The notes: generated from the letters alone by a model not told the origin. DNA of 32,000 bases from Microcystis aeruginosa NIES-2549 (GCF_000981785.2 NZ_CP011304.1:2280001-2312000), one strand, 5' to 3'. Counted from the first letter of the stretch, positions 7,865 through 18,110 are shown. A program made the numbers and translations.

Positions 7865-8086
7865 TATTAGCAGAAAATAATCCACGCAAGCCCTGCCAAA
7901 AGGCTCACCAGAATTCAAAAAAGCAATTTTCATAAAAAAAGCTTTTTGCTTTGTTGGATTCCACGCTATTTAAGGGGTTAGGCTCATTTAAACTACTAAT
8001 TTGCTATAACCAGTCTAGGAGAGCCTTATTGTCTTTGAGTAAAAAATGCAAGTTATAGCCGTGCAAATTATAACTGATCACTGATT

Positions 8087-9271
8087 CTAGGCTAATTTAA
8101 TTGCCGCAGTGACCACCTCTTCTAAAGACTCTAACCAATGAAAGTTAACATCAGCTAAACTCTGACTGAGATCGATCGCTTTGCTGTCAGCTAGGACGCG
8201 AAAAATTATTTGTGGTAGGGTGGGATTGGGAAAAGATCGGGGTTCCAAGGTTTGTCTTTCCTGTCGGGTGGCCCGGATCGTTCTTTCGCCGCTGCCCCGG
8301 CTGGGTGATAATGGGCTATAACTGCGGTAGTAATTGCTAATAGTCTCGATCGCTTTTTGGCCAAAGTCGGGATAACTGACAATATCAACGATAACCACTT
8401 TTAAATCGGCCAATAGTTGGAATTGTTGCAGACCGGCCTCTATTTGCTCGTTTAATTGCTCTAATTCTAGTCTTTCCTCCAGTATAAGCCATGCCGCCAG
8501 TTTTGCCCCTTTGCCTGCCAAGGCATCCCAGACAGTGGACATCAAACCCTGGCCATTGCTGATCACGGCTATTTGGCCAGTTTGATCAATTATCGACCAA
8601 GGGGATTGTAATTGGGGGGGGGTCAAAGCGAGCAGATCGGGATGTCTAGCTAAAGCGGCATCATTAACACTTATTTTGCCATCTAAGGCCATCACTTCCC
8701 CAGCTTCGTTGATACCCAAGGGATTAATCTCGATAATATCGAGATCTTTGCTGACAAAGAGACTATACATTTTTTCGAGAATTTGACTGATAGACTCGAT
8801 CAAAGACCCTTTTAAACCCATAGATACGGCTAATTGCCGACAGAGATAGGGGGAAAATCTCGCTTCAATGACCACTTTTTGCATGGTTGCCAGTAAACTG
8901 TCCACATCCATCCCCCCTTGACTCGCACCCAGTAAAACTGGTCTTTGCAGATGATAATCGAGTAAAATGGCTAAAAATATCTCTTGTTGCGGATTATACC
9001 TGGCTTCTGCTAGGATTACCTCTGGATATTCTCCGGCGATCGGTAAATGAAAGATAGCATGGGCGGCAGCGATCGCATCAATGGTATTAGCGACAAATCT
9101 CACTCCTCCTGCTTTTCCCCGGCCTCCCGTGCGTACCTGGGACTTCAGCACGATAGGATAGGGAATGTTTAATCTTTTTAGTCCCCCCGGTTCGTGGATT
9201 GGTTGGGAAGGTAAAATGGGGATACCTACTTGAGCAAATATTTCCTTGGCTTGGTATTCGAGTAAATCCAT
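8087..9271 (-). CDS. Succinyl-CoA synthetase beta-subunit-like ATP-grasp protein (divergent C-terminal half)
   Basis: The N-terminus MDLLEYQAKEIFAQVGIPILPSQ and KSQVRTGGRGKAGGV are SucC-like. The C-terminal CoA-ligase domain is recognisable but diverged (ISNGQGLMSTVWDAL). Confidence 0.7.
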   Translation of the reverse strand: MDLLEYQAKEIFAQVGIPILPSQPIHEPGGLKRLNIPYPIVLKSQVRTGGRGKAGGVRFVANTIDAIAAAHAIFHLPIAGEYPEVILAEARYNPQQEIFLAILLDYHLQRPVLLGASQGGMDVDSLLATMQKVVIEARFSPYLCRQLAVSMGLKGSLIESISQILEKMYSLFVSKDLDIIEINPLGINEAGEVMALDGKISVNDAALARHPDLLALTPPQLQSPWSIIDQTGQIAVISNGQGLMSTVWDALAGKGAKLAAWLILEERLELEQLNEQIEAGLQQFQLLADLKVVIVDIVSYPDFGQKAIETISNYYRSYSPLSPSRGSGERTIRATRQERQTLEPRSFPNPTLPQIIFRVLADSKAIDLSQSLADVNFHWLESLEEVVTAAIKLA

Positions 9272-9895
9272 AATTGATTAATTGATAAAGTGGCGATTCT
9301 CTCTTTGCTCGTTTCGGTAGCTTGGGGACTTATGAAGATTATTTTAGCAACAGCATCCAGTTCACGGGTGATGAGGGAGAATATTCTTGGCTTACTCGAT
9401 CGCAAAAATTAAGGTCAATTGTGTGATTATGGGGTTAGAGGCGAGACTTTTTGAGCTATCCACCTCTGTGAGTCTAGCAATCTTTCACTCTCTCTATTTC
9501 TATCTTTAGTAGGCTTTACTGCATTTAAACTGAGCATTGGCTGCTTTAGTACAAATGCACATATACCCACACCCTCAGTTTTTTGTCACAATTGTTACAT
9601 TTTTTCACAGATTTTAATTCGATCGGGTGATTTTTTTTTGATAGGATTGAACCTATAATTCTCCCATAAATAGTTATTGTTCCCCATTAACCGTGCCAAA
9701 CTAAGAACTGCGGACAAATCAAGAGTTTTGGCGTTTCAATAGACCAAATAAACTAATAACTGGCAATTAGTCGGAAATCTCAGTTATTTTTTGCTAAAAT
9801 TCTCCTTTTTCCCGCATTTTCTTGCTTGGAAACAAACTTTTTTCCCCTTTCGTCTCTGTCTTTAATTCGCTCCCACTAGGAAACTCAAGGGTAAG

Positions 9896-10573
9896 ATGCT
9901 ATATTTTCAAAAGCAGGGTCGTCATCATCCTCTGACCCTATTAACAATGCTTTTAAGTGCTTCTTTCGTTGTGGTCTGCCTTTCCTTGACTCCTGCGATC
10001 GCACGTCAATTCGCCCCAATTAACCCGATTAAACCGATTGCTTTGGGGAATGATCGATTAATTCCTGCTGGTACGGATATCCCTGTAAAATACGAGCAAG
10101 GGGAAAAAATTATTTTAACCAAACAAGAAACTTTTTCTTTATCTCTGACCGTTACCGATAATATCAAAAATTCCCAGGGACAGACAATTATTCCCGATGG
10201 TAGTCAGATTATCGGAGAAATTAAACCTGACGGTCAAGGTTCGCGTTTTCTATCCCAAAAAATCTTTTTAAAAACCCCTCAACCCCAAGAAAAATCTATT
10301 GATGCTATTTCGGCAGTTTTCACTCGTCTAGAAAGGATAATTAAAGGAGTTAACCCCGATAAAATTATTCAGGGTGCAGTATTAGGAAAATCCGCCGCTT
10401 CTGTCCTCGCTTCTTTTACTTCTGACCAACCGGTTAGCGAGGGATTATTACGAGGAGGAGGATTAGAAGTATTAGCCGGCTGGTTATTACGAGGAGAATC
10501 GGTGGAATTATTGTCAATTAACCCCAAGGAAGATTTAAAATTAACCCTTCGTTCTGATTTTACCGGTCAGTAA
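9896..10573 (+). CDS. Hypothetical secreted protein
   Basis: The 225-aa ORF has an N-terminal hydrophobic signal-like segment (LTLLTMLLSASFVVVCLSLTPAIA). I recognise no family. Confidence 0.55.
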   Translation: MLYFQKQGRHHPLTLLTMLLSASFVVVCLSLTPAIARQFAPINPIKPIALGNDRLIPAGTDIPVKYEQGEKIILTKQETFSLSLTVTDNIKNSQGQTIIPDGSQIIGEIKPDGQGSRFLSQKIFLKTPQPQEKSIDAISAVFTRLERIIKGVNPDKIIQGAVLGKSAASVLASFTSDQPVSEGLLRGGGLEVLAGWLLRGESVELLSINPKEDLKLTLRSDFTGQ

Positions 10574-10626
10574 CCTAAAAAAAATCTGGTGTGTTAGTTA
10601 TTTATCTAACACACCAGCTATCTGGA

Positions 10627-11577
<951 letters not shown>

Positions 11578-12660
11578 TTAATCCACAGTTGTCATTGAAC
11601 GATTGCGAAGATAAGCCAAATCTTTTAATAACTGTCCGCTATCACCACCGTTATTAAGATTAATCCCCAAAGCCGCTAAATCCGCATCTACCATTAATTT
11701 TACCAGTCCCTCGAACGTCACCGACGGCTGCCAGCCTAATTTCTCCCTGGCTTTTGTGGAATCTCCTATTAATAAATCCACTTCCGCTGGACGCAAATAA
11801 CGTTCATCAAACTCCACATAATCCTGCCAATTTAAATTAACGTATTGGAAAGAAATATCGAGAAACTCCCGGATAGAATAGGTTTCATTTGTCGCCACTA
11901 CATAATCATCCGGTTCTTCCTGTTGTAACATTAACCACATCGCCCGCACATAATCCTTAGCATAACCCCAATCCCTTTTAGAATCGAGATTTCCTAAATA
12001 GAGTTTTTTCTGTTGTCCAGCAATAATTCGGGCCAAAGCGCGGGTAATTTTGCGCGTGACAAAAGTTTCTCCACGACGGGGGGATTCATGGTTAAATAAA
12101 ATGCCGTTACAGGCAAATAAGTCGTAGGATTCCCGATAGTTGATTGTTTGCCAGTGGCCATAAACTTTCGCACAAGCGTAGGGACTGCGGGGATAAAATG
12201 GCGTGGTTTCTTTTTGGGGAACTTCCATGACTTTCCCGAACATTTCCGAGGAACCTGCTTGATAGAAACGCACTTCGATGCCGGTTCTTTTTTGGTAATC
12301 CCGAATCGCTTCTAGTAATCTTAAAACTCCCACCCCCACAGCATCAACGGTGTATTCTGGGGCATCAAAACTAACCCGCACATGGGATTGGGCCCCTAAA
12401 TTATACACTTCTACCGGTTGCACTTGTTCGAGAATACGCCGCAGGGTCGTCCCGTCGGTGAGGTCGCCATAATGAAGAAATAATTTAGTATCGGGCTGGT
12501 GGGGGTCAGTGTAGATATGATCGATGCGATCGGTGTTAAAAGTTGAAGTACGACGGATGATACCGTGGACTTGATAGCCTTTTTCTAGTAACAATTCGCT
12601 CAGATAGGAACCATCTTGACCGGTGATGCCGGTAATGAGGGCGCGTTTAGCTTCAGTCAT
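11578..12660 (-). CDS. gmd: GDP-mannose 4,6-dehydratase
   Basis: The motifs [43 protein letters not shown] and [18 protein letters not shown] are classic Gmd. Confidence 0.95.
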   Translation of the reverse strand: MTEAKRALITGITGQDGSYLSELLLEKGYQVHGIIRRTSTFNTDRIDHIYTDPHQPDTKLFLHYGDLTDGTTLRRILEQVQPVEVYNLGAQSHVRVSFDAPEYTVDAVGVGVLRLLEAIRDYQKRTGIEVRFYQAGSSEMFGKVMEVPQKETTPFYPRSPYACAKVYGHWQTINYRESYDLFACNGILFNHESPRRGETFVTRKITRALARIIAGQQKKLYLGNLDSKRDWGYAKDYVRAMWLMLQQEEPDDYVVATNETYSIREFLDISFQYVNLNWQDYVEFDERYLRPAEVDLLIGDSTKAREKLGWQPSVTFEGLVKLMVDADLAALGINLNNGGDSGQLLKDLAYLRNRSMTTVD

Positions 12661-12675
12661 TAGTAATTTACCTAA

Positions 12676-12705
12676 TCGGAAAGAATAAAGACCCTGAAAG
12701 GGTCT
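12676..12705 (-). terminator. Possible intrinsic terminator after the 12783 gene
   Basis: The stem is AGACCC (12689-12694) / GGGTCT (12700-12705) with a 5-nt loop. On the minus strand it is followed by TTATTCTTTCC. Confidence 0.4.
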
Positions 12706-12782
12706 GACTGCTTATAGCACACTTTAGCCCCTCATGACAAGTTTGGCTAGGTTGACAGGGGACAAAAAGATGAATTGATTTT

Positions 12783-13127
12783 TTATCCAGGCTGCATAGA
12801 TTCTAAATTGTTCTGACAATTTTCTCGAAATTTTCTGACCTGAAATTCCTTGACTTTGATTAATTGATAATTATCTTTTCCCATGGCTAGGGAAAATTTG
12901 GCCTCGGTGTCATCAAGTAAATTTTGGGGGACAGCTTTCCACTGTTCTTTCGTTTGCCAATGGACAACGATAATTAATTGTTCCTCGATGGTGGGATTAA
13001 TCCAAAGTTCTTTACCTAAAAAACCCGCTTGTTTTGCTAAAAACTTTGTCCAAATTTCTTGATCTTTTTGGATAAATTTTTCCCGTGCTTCGGGGTTAAC
13101 TTGAAATTCTAACCACTCAATAACCAT
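12783..13127 (-). CDS. TIGR03792-like small cyanobacterial protein (ABM/dimeric alpha-beta-barrel-like)
   Basis: The 114-aa ORF starts MVIEWLEFQVNPEAREKFIQKDQEIWTKFL. It sits 12 nt downstream of the ParA-like gene. The family name is recalled from memory. Confidence 0.6.
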   Translation of the reverse strand: MVIEWLEFQVNPEAREKFIQKDQEIWTKFLAKQAGFLGKELWINPTIEEQLIIVVHWQTKEQWKAVPQNLLDDTEAKFSLAMGKDNYQLIKVKEFQVRKFRENCQNNLESMQPG

Positions 13128-13139
13128 AGTAATTATCTC

Positions 13140-14027
13140 CTATTTTTTGGTTTTCATCAAGAATTCTTCTGTGAGTTTCATAAAAGCTTTGGAACCACTA
13201 GAAGAGGGCATGGCTGCTACCGCAGGCACGAACATATCGACAGCTTTAGCTACATTAACATCCATAGGAATTGCATTAGCAAAAATTTGATGGGCTTGAA
13301 AATCCTGTTGTACCCGGCGCATGACTTGATTATAGTAGCGACTGAGTAAACCACCGCCAGAAAGAATAAAAACTATACCTAGTAAACTGGGGTTAATCGG
13401 TTGGGTTTCTTGATGACTAGCTTTGAGTTTAACTATTCTTCTTTCTAATAGCTGAATGCCGACAATTGATAAAGGTTCGGGACGGGCGGGTAGTAAATAA
13501 AAATGACTGCTACATAGACCACTACGAGTTAAAAGATTATAGCCTGGAGCGCAGTCCATAATAATATAATCGTAACGGTCTTGAATGGGATCAATGATTT
13601 TTTGAATCAGGATTCTTTCCAGGTTATTCCAAGCATGATCAAAGCCTAAATCTTCCTGTAAAATTGCTTGATGGTGCAGGGTTTCTGAGACGACATATTC
13701 ATCATAAAGTTCGATATCTCCTGGCAGTAAATCTAAGCCTTGAATTTCACAGACTGAAGGGACGATAATATCATCAATAGTTAATTTATTGTAGGGATTG
13801 GGTTTGATAATTGCTTCTAATAAATAGCTTAAAGTGCGTTTTTTGCGACGCAGTTGAGCGAATTCGTGGGGAGACATTAAACTGAGAGTCGCACTGATTT
13901 GAGCGTCTAAATCGAGGACAAGGACTCGTTTTTGCTGAAATTTAGCTAAACAGGTGGCAAGATTGACGGTAAGGGTAGTTTTTCCTACTCCTCCTTTCAT
14001 ATTAACGGTGCTGATGACAGTGGCCAT
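13140..14027 (-). CDS. ParA/MinD-family P-loop ATPase
   Basis: It has a deviant Walker A with the signature lysine (NMKGGVGKTT), DLDAQ, and Walker B IIMDCAPG. Confidence 0.9.
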   Translation of the reverse strand: MATVISTVNMKGGVGKTTLTVNLATCLAKFQQKRVLVLDLDAQISATLSLMSPHEFAQLRRKKRTLSYLLEAIIKPNPYNKLTIDDIIVPSVCEIQGLDLLPGDIELYDEYVVSETLHHQAILQEDLGFDHAWNNLERILIQKIIDPIQDRYDYIIMDCAPGYNLLTRSGLCSSHFYLLPARPEPLSIVGIQLLERRIVKLKASHQETQPINPSLLGIVFILSGGGLLSRYYNQVMRRVQQDFQAHQIFANAIPMDVNVAKAVDMFVPAVAAMPSSSGSKAFMKLTEEFLMKTKK

Positions 14028-14042
14028 TATGGGAGTTCCTTT

Positions 14043-15098
14043 CTAGTTAACCGATGGAATATCTCGACGTAAAACTTGCCCGTTGGGAGCCATAATCAGA
14101 GGAGGTAAACTGGTAATATCGATCGCTTCTTGGGTTTTCATGTCGTAGGTGGTGTAAACTGTTTCCTTTTGATGGGGATTAATATCGACAATTGTTAGGG
14201 TTTTTCTGGGTGCTTGTTCACTGTTCAATAATCGTCGCGGTCCACTGCCTAAAGCTCCCGCGTGTAATAATTGTAATTGCCCCCGTTTACCCGGATAGTA
14301 AGCGTGAGCATGGCCACTAATATAAGTATGCACCTGATGGCCCTCTAAAAACGCCCTTAATTGCTCGGCATCGGCTAAATAATCCCCCGGTCGATTTCTG
14401 CCCACGGCAATACCGTAGAGGGGTAAATGACCGATTACTAGCCGCATCTTAGCATTTTTAGCGTCGGTACTACTCAAGTTTTTTGCTGCCCAATTTAGTT
14501 GTTCCCGAGAGATTAAATGAGTGGAGGCATCCCAGACTAGATAGAATATACCATTTTGAGTGAAAGTATAATAAAAAGGAAAGCCAGTTTTATCGATAAA
14601 ATTTAAACTTGTATTATGTTGGGGGTTTTGCCAATAATCTTGGGCTAATTTTCTCTCTTTAGCATAGATAAATTTTCCTGCGGATAAAGCTCCAGAAGCG
14701 TCATGATTACCGATGGTAAAACCAAAAGGTATTTTAGCAGCTCGCAGGGGCGCGGCGATATGGCGATCAAAGGCTGACCACATGGCGTTAATTGCTGCCT
14801 CTGTCAAGCTGCTTTTTTGTCCTGCCACCATGTCGCCACCACAGAGTACCAGATCGGGTTTATGATTGATAATTAAAGGGATAGCTCGATCGATTTCGGG
14901 ATCGTAAGTAGTGGAACCGTATTGACTATTAAGGTCACTAATCACGATTATCTTGACTTTTTTCGCCTTTTCTGCTTGTTTAACGGAAGACTCAGGGGGA
15001 TTTTTGGAAGTAACGGGCTGTAAAATTTGATGAGCGCAAGCTACCAAGCTAAAACCGCCTAAACTGCCACTGATAAGCAAAAATTTACGGCGTTGCAT
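14043..15098 (-). CDS. Exported calcineurin-like metallophosphoesterase
   Basis: A Tat-like leader (MQRRKFLLISG) is followed by GDMVAG, GNHD, GHLP and GHAH metal-binding motifs. Confidence 0.85.
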   Translation of the reverse strand: MQRRKFLLISGSLGGFSLVACAHQILQPVTSKNPPESSVKQAEKAKKVKIIVISDLNSQYGSTTYDPEIDRAIPLIINHKPDLVLCGGDMVAGQKSSLTEAAINAMWSAFDRHIAAPLRAAKIPFGFTIGNHDASGALSAGKFIYAKERKLAQDYWQNPQHNTSLNFIDKTGFPFYYTFTQNGIFYLVWDASTHLISREQLNWAAKNLSSTDAKNAKMRLVIGHLPLYGIAVGRNRPGDYLADAEQLRAFLEGHQVHTYISGHAHAYYPGKRGQLQLLHAGALGSGPRRLLNSEQAPRKTLTIVDINPHQKETVYTTYDMKTQEAIDITSLPPLIMAPNGQVLRRDIPSVN

Positions 15099-15205
15099 AG
15101 AATATCAATCTCGTCTTTAATTGAGGTCACGTCAGTTAGTGTAGCAATTTTTGTCCCTTCGATCGCTTTTTTGTGGATTATCCCAATTAACCATCAGGAG
15201 ATAAC

Positions 15206-15682
15206 TTGACAATTCTCTTAACTTCTTTTGCGCCTTGGTTATGCCATCACCGGAGTAATTCCTCCGATGATTTGTTAGTATCTATTCAAGATAATTATGC
15301 AAAAAAGCTTTTATTTTTGCGTCAACTTCCCGTTAATACCCATCGAGCCAGTGAACGAGTTATCAAAGCTATTCAAGACAAAAAGCCTGATTTCGTTATT
15401 TGTTGTGGCATGGCAGAAAGTCGTTATCGTTTAAGTTTAGAATCTCAGGCTAGGAGTAGCACAAAAAAGTTATTGACATCAATTCCCTTGCCAGATTTAA
15501 TTAAAACCCTTGACTATAGTTATATCAGCGATAATGCCGGTCAGTTTGTCTGCGAAGAGTTATATTTTCAAGTCTTAAAATATCATCCGAGAGCCTTATT
15601 CGTTCATGTGCCGCTTTTAACTGATAAAAATTTTGCTATTATTCAAAGGGATTTTCAGAAAATTATCACCATTAGCCGTTAG
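15206..15682 (+). CDS. Peptidase C15 (pyroglutamyl-peptidase I)-like protein
   Basis: CCGMAESR, DNAGQFVCEELYF and FVHVP parallel the Glu/Cys/His elements of PGP-I. The start is TTG in the track. Confidence 0.65.
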   Translation: MTILLTSFAPWLCHHRSNSSDDLLVSIQDNYAKKLLFLRQLPVNTHRASERVIKAIQDKKPDFVICCGMAESRYRLSLESQARSSTKKLLTSIPLPDLIKTLDYSYISDNAGQFVCEELYFQVLKYHPRALFVHVPLLTDKNFAIIQRDFQKIITISR

Positions 15683-15744
15683 ATCATATAATTCGAGAGT
15701 AAGTTTCAAGGGAAAAAGGAAAAAGGATATACTGGTATTTTGCC

Positions 15745-15846
15745 TTAATTGCCCTCCTCGACTTGAGAGCGCACCTGAGATTCATAAATCTCTTTACCAC
15801 GTCGGGCAAATTCTTCTTGGCTGTAGAGGGGTGGTCGTACTATCAT
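15745..15846 (-). pseudogene. Truncated duplicate (first 33 codons) of the small protein encoded at 16409-16684
   Basis: The minus strand reads MIVRPPLYSQEEFARRGKEIYESQVRSQVEEGN-stop. It belongs to a roughly 285-bp duplication (15748-16031 versus 16586-16874). Confidence 0.7.
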
Positions 15847-15931
15847 TAACCGGTTGCAACTTTTGCCCCTCTATTTTAACCCAAACATTGGGAATCTTCG
15901 CTAACATTCCTCAACTGGGCCCACAAGAGCG

Positions 15932-16031
15932 GCATCGCACTTAAACCCACAGCTGCAATCAATCTGCATGGTGCGTTCCCCAAAAATCGATCGCTGGAGC
16001 AGTAAGAGACACTTTAGGGAACGCACCCTAC
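15932..16031 (+). repeat. Structured repeat family, copy A (core only)
   Basis: The core is GCATCGCACTTAAACCCACAGCTGCAATCAATCTGCATGGTGCGTTCCCCAAAAATCGATCGCTGGAGCAGTAAGAGACACTTTAGGGAACGCACCCTAC. The 11-nt arms GGTGCGTTCCC and GGGAACGCACC can pair. Confidence 0.9.
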
Positions 16032-16043
16032 GGCTGTAATTTA

Positions 16044-16412
16044 TTATAAAGCACTAATTTTAACTATACCGCCCACTCTTCCTTCAATTTCTAATTTGTA
16101 TTCTTCCAATAACCCCATACCAATCAACAACTCTGTCTCTGACGCATTAATTTCCGCTCTTCGGATTTGTCCATCCCAAATTACTGAGCCAGCATACATT
16201 TCAAACATTGTTAGACTGCCATCACCGAGAATGGCATCTTGTAAACCTCGAAGAGTTAGCCCTAACTCATTGATGATCGCTCTTGATAGCATTAAATCAC
16301 CTGTGTAACCTGTATCAATAACTGCTTTTACACTTTTGATATTTTTATAATCCCCTAGAACTGCAATCTGAATAATTGCCTCACGATTAGCATTGACGTT
16401 ACCTATAATCAT
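16044..16412 (-). CDS. Retropepsin-like (clan AA) aspartic protease
   Basis: It has the active-site motif VIDTGYTGD and a LIGMGLL flap-like segment. The likely start is MIIGNVNAN (ATG 16412), which overlaps the upstream stop as ATGA. The longer track ORF begins inside the upstream gene. Confidence 0.85.
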   Translation of the reverse strand: MIIGNVNANREAIIQIAVLGDYKNIKSVKAVIDTGYTGDLMLSRAIINELGLTLRGLQDAILGDGSLTMFEMYAGSVIWDGQIRRAEINASETELLIGMGLLEEYKLEIEGRVGGIVKISAL

Positions 16413-16684
16413 TGAAATAAATTTGCCCCAATCAAACCGACTCGATGAACTGCTCGATGTCCGATTCTTACGAACCAAATTTGAGCATCTGGTAATCGGG
16501 CTAAAAGTTGATCGGAAGCTGTGAGGCTGTCTTTTGCTACTTCAAAAGCCCCTGTTTCGATATCTATAGCTACAATCTTCCCATGATTGCCTTCCTCGAC
16601 TTGGGGGCGCACCTGAGATTCATAAATCTCTTTACCACGTCGGGCAAATTCTTCTTGGCTGTAGAGGGGTGGTCGTACTATCAT
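16409..16684 (-). CDS. Small conserved partner protein of the aspartic protease (putative antitoxin-like)
   Basis: It reads MIVRPPLYSQEEFARRGKEIYESQV..GKIVAIDIETGAFEVAKDS..PDAQIWFVRIGHRAVHR. It is translationally coupled to the protease, and the start is set at ATG 16684. Confidence 0.7.
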   Translation of the reverse strand: MIVRPPLYSQEEFARRGKEIYESQVRPQVEEGNHGKIVAIDIETGAFEVAKDSLTASDQLLARLPDAQIWFVRIGHRAVHRVGLIGANLFQ

Positions 16685-16775
16685 TGGTTTGACCCGGTTG
16701 CAACTTTTGCCCCCCCATTTTAACCCAAACATTGGGAATCTTCGCTAACATTCCTCAACTGATCCCACAAGAGCG

Positions 16776-16912
16776 GCATCGCACTTAAACCCACAGTTTC
16801 AATTAATGTGCATGGTGCGTTCCCCAAAATCTATTGGTGGAGCAGTAGGAGCCACATTAGGGAACGCAGCCTACAGCGATGGCGTACTGCTACGCAGTGC
16901 CTTCGGCATCCC
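16776..16912 (+). repeat. Structured repeat family, copy B (core plus trailing linker)
   Basis: This is a diverged core (CAGTTTCAATTAATGTGCATGG..) followed by the linker-type sequence GCGTACTGCTACGCAGTGCCTTCGGCATCCCACT. Confidence 0.85.
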
Positions 16913-16990
16913 ACTGCATTGGGGTTGTTAGACCGCACAGCGGAAGCAAAACATTAATTGCCCCAAAATCTCGATCGTGATTACTAGAAG

Positions 16991-17623
16991 CTAATGATGC
17001 ATTCTACCCATTGGATTGCGATCACCAAACCAAGCTATCAACCAAGTTCGCATCTGCTGAATTTCCAGGCGCTGGCTAGTGGCAATGTTCTCAGCCAAGG
17101 ACTGGACAGGCTGATGCTTCACCAGATTATGATTCAGGAGCATTTGCGACATCATCACGGCTCCCATATGATGTTCAATCATATCTTGTAAAAAAGTTTG
17201 ATCTAGGGCATCGCCCTGAAGTTGGCTCAGATCTCGCATCATGGGAACGTAGGAGACGCTAATATTCCCTCCTGGATACCACTGGTTGAGCCAGTTTTTC
17301 ATCTGAGCAATTTCAGCAGTTTGCACTTGAATAATATTTTGAGCAAACTGCCTCATCTCAGGACGACTAGTGCGTGCCAGAATAACCTGGGCGGTATCGA
17401 TTGCCTCCTGATGGTGGGGAATCATTTGGGCAAGATAGTTAAACTCGCTACTGACCTGCATATGATGCATCATACCCATGCCGTTGGGAGAAAATTGAGC
17501 AGAGGCGGAATCTGGAGAATTTCCGGATGGACGTGTCAGAAGTAAAGTTGAGGTTGCAGCCAGTCCAAGAGCGGCAACAGCCCCCAGCAGGATAATGGCT
17601 TTATTTTTCATGAGAAAAACCAT
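16991..17623 (-). CDS. DUF305-family periplasmic protein
   Basis: A signal peptide is followed by duplicated histidine motifs MIPHHQEAIDTA and MIEHHMGAVMMS. Confidence 0.85.
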   Translation of the reverse strand: MVFLMKNKAIILLGAVAALGLAATSTLLLTRPSGNSPDSASAQFSPNGMGMMHHMQVSSEFNYLAQMIPHHQEAIDTAQVILARTSRPEMRQFAQNIIQVQTAEIAQMKNWLNQWYPGGNISVSYVPMMRDLSQLQGDALDQTFLQDMIEHHMGAVMMSQMLLNHNLVKHQPVQSLAENIATSQRLEIQQMRTWLIAWFGDRNPMGRMHH

Positions 17624-17699
17624 GTAAAAACCTCACTATAGTATAGCACTTACGCAAAAGTAACCAGAACTATCTTCACCAAGAAATTAGCAGTCTAAC

Positions 17700-18001
17700 T
17701 ATGAATTATACGGAAAATTTCCGTATCTCATACTAAATACACATTTTTAAAGAATCTTTCCGCATATTACTCTCCTATAGAGCGATCACAAGAACTTTTC
17801 CTAATAAAATTACAAGTAACCGTGTTATGTCGAATTATTATAGGCGTTCTCATGTTTTGAAAATCCCACAGGGTGGCCGATACAAAATTAAGTTATACTT
17901 CATCTTTATGAGAAACGCTGCCATACCGGAATCTAATTTTGGGGAGATTGATTACCATATTTAACTTCATTTGTCAAGAAATTCTCTCATTTTTAGGTGC
18001 G
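17700..18001 (+). repeat. Roughly 300-bp diverged direct duplicate of the cobS upstream region plus the first 21 codons
   Basis: It aligns by eye with 19592-19888 at roughly nine in ten positions. It ends at TTAGGTGCG, and repeat copy C follows immediately. Confidence 0.85.
17708..17726. promoter_or_regulatory. Imperfect palindrome ATACGGAAA-A-TTTCCGTAT (candidate protein-binding site)
   Basis: It has 9-nt arms around a single central base. Related copies lie at 19595-19613 and 29522-29540. Confidence 0.3.
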
Positions 18002-18100
18002 GCATTGCACTTTAACCCACAGCTGCAATCAATCTGCATGGTGCGTTCCCCAAAAATCGATCAGTGGAGCAGTAGGAGCCACTTTAGGGAACGCACCCTA
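18002..18100 (+). repeat. Structured repeat family, copy C (core)
   Basis: It has the same core as copy A and sits 153 bp upstream of the same point in copy D. Confidence 0.9.
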
Positions 18101-18110
18101 TTTTTTCTGT

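Noticed and set aside
9585-9598. NtcA binding site (GTC-N8-TAC) forming an NtcA-activated promoter
   Set aside because: The first half-site is off-consensus. The only -10-like hexamer (TAATTC at 9615-9620) is about 16 nt away rather than about 22 nt. The site lies about 300 nt from either start codon.
13140-14027. McdA carboxysome-positioning ATPase
   Set aside because: The Walker A keeps the classical signature lysine (KGGVGKT), which McdA proteins lack as I recall. The downstream gene does not look like McdB, since it has no C-terminal tryptophan and is not a disordered, charged protein.
15633-15944. Plus-strand 103-aa ORF
   Set aside because: It runs antisense through the duplicated fragment of the small-protein gene and into repeat copy A. 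The minus-strand reading matches a real protein family.
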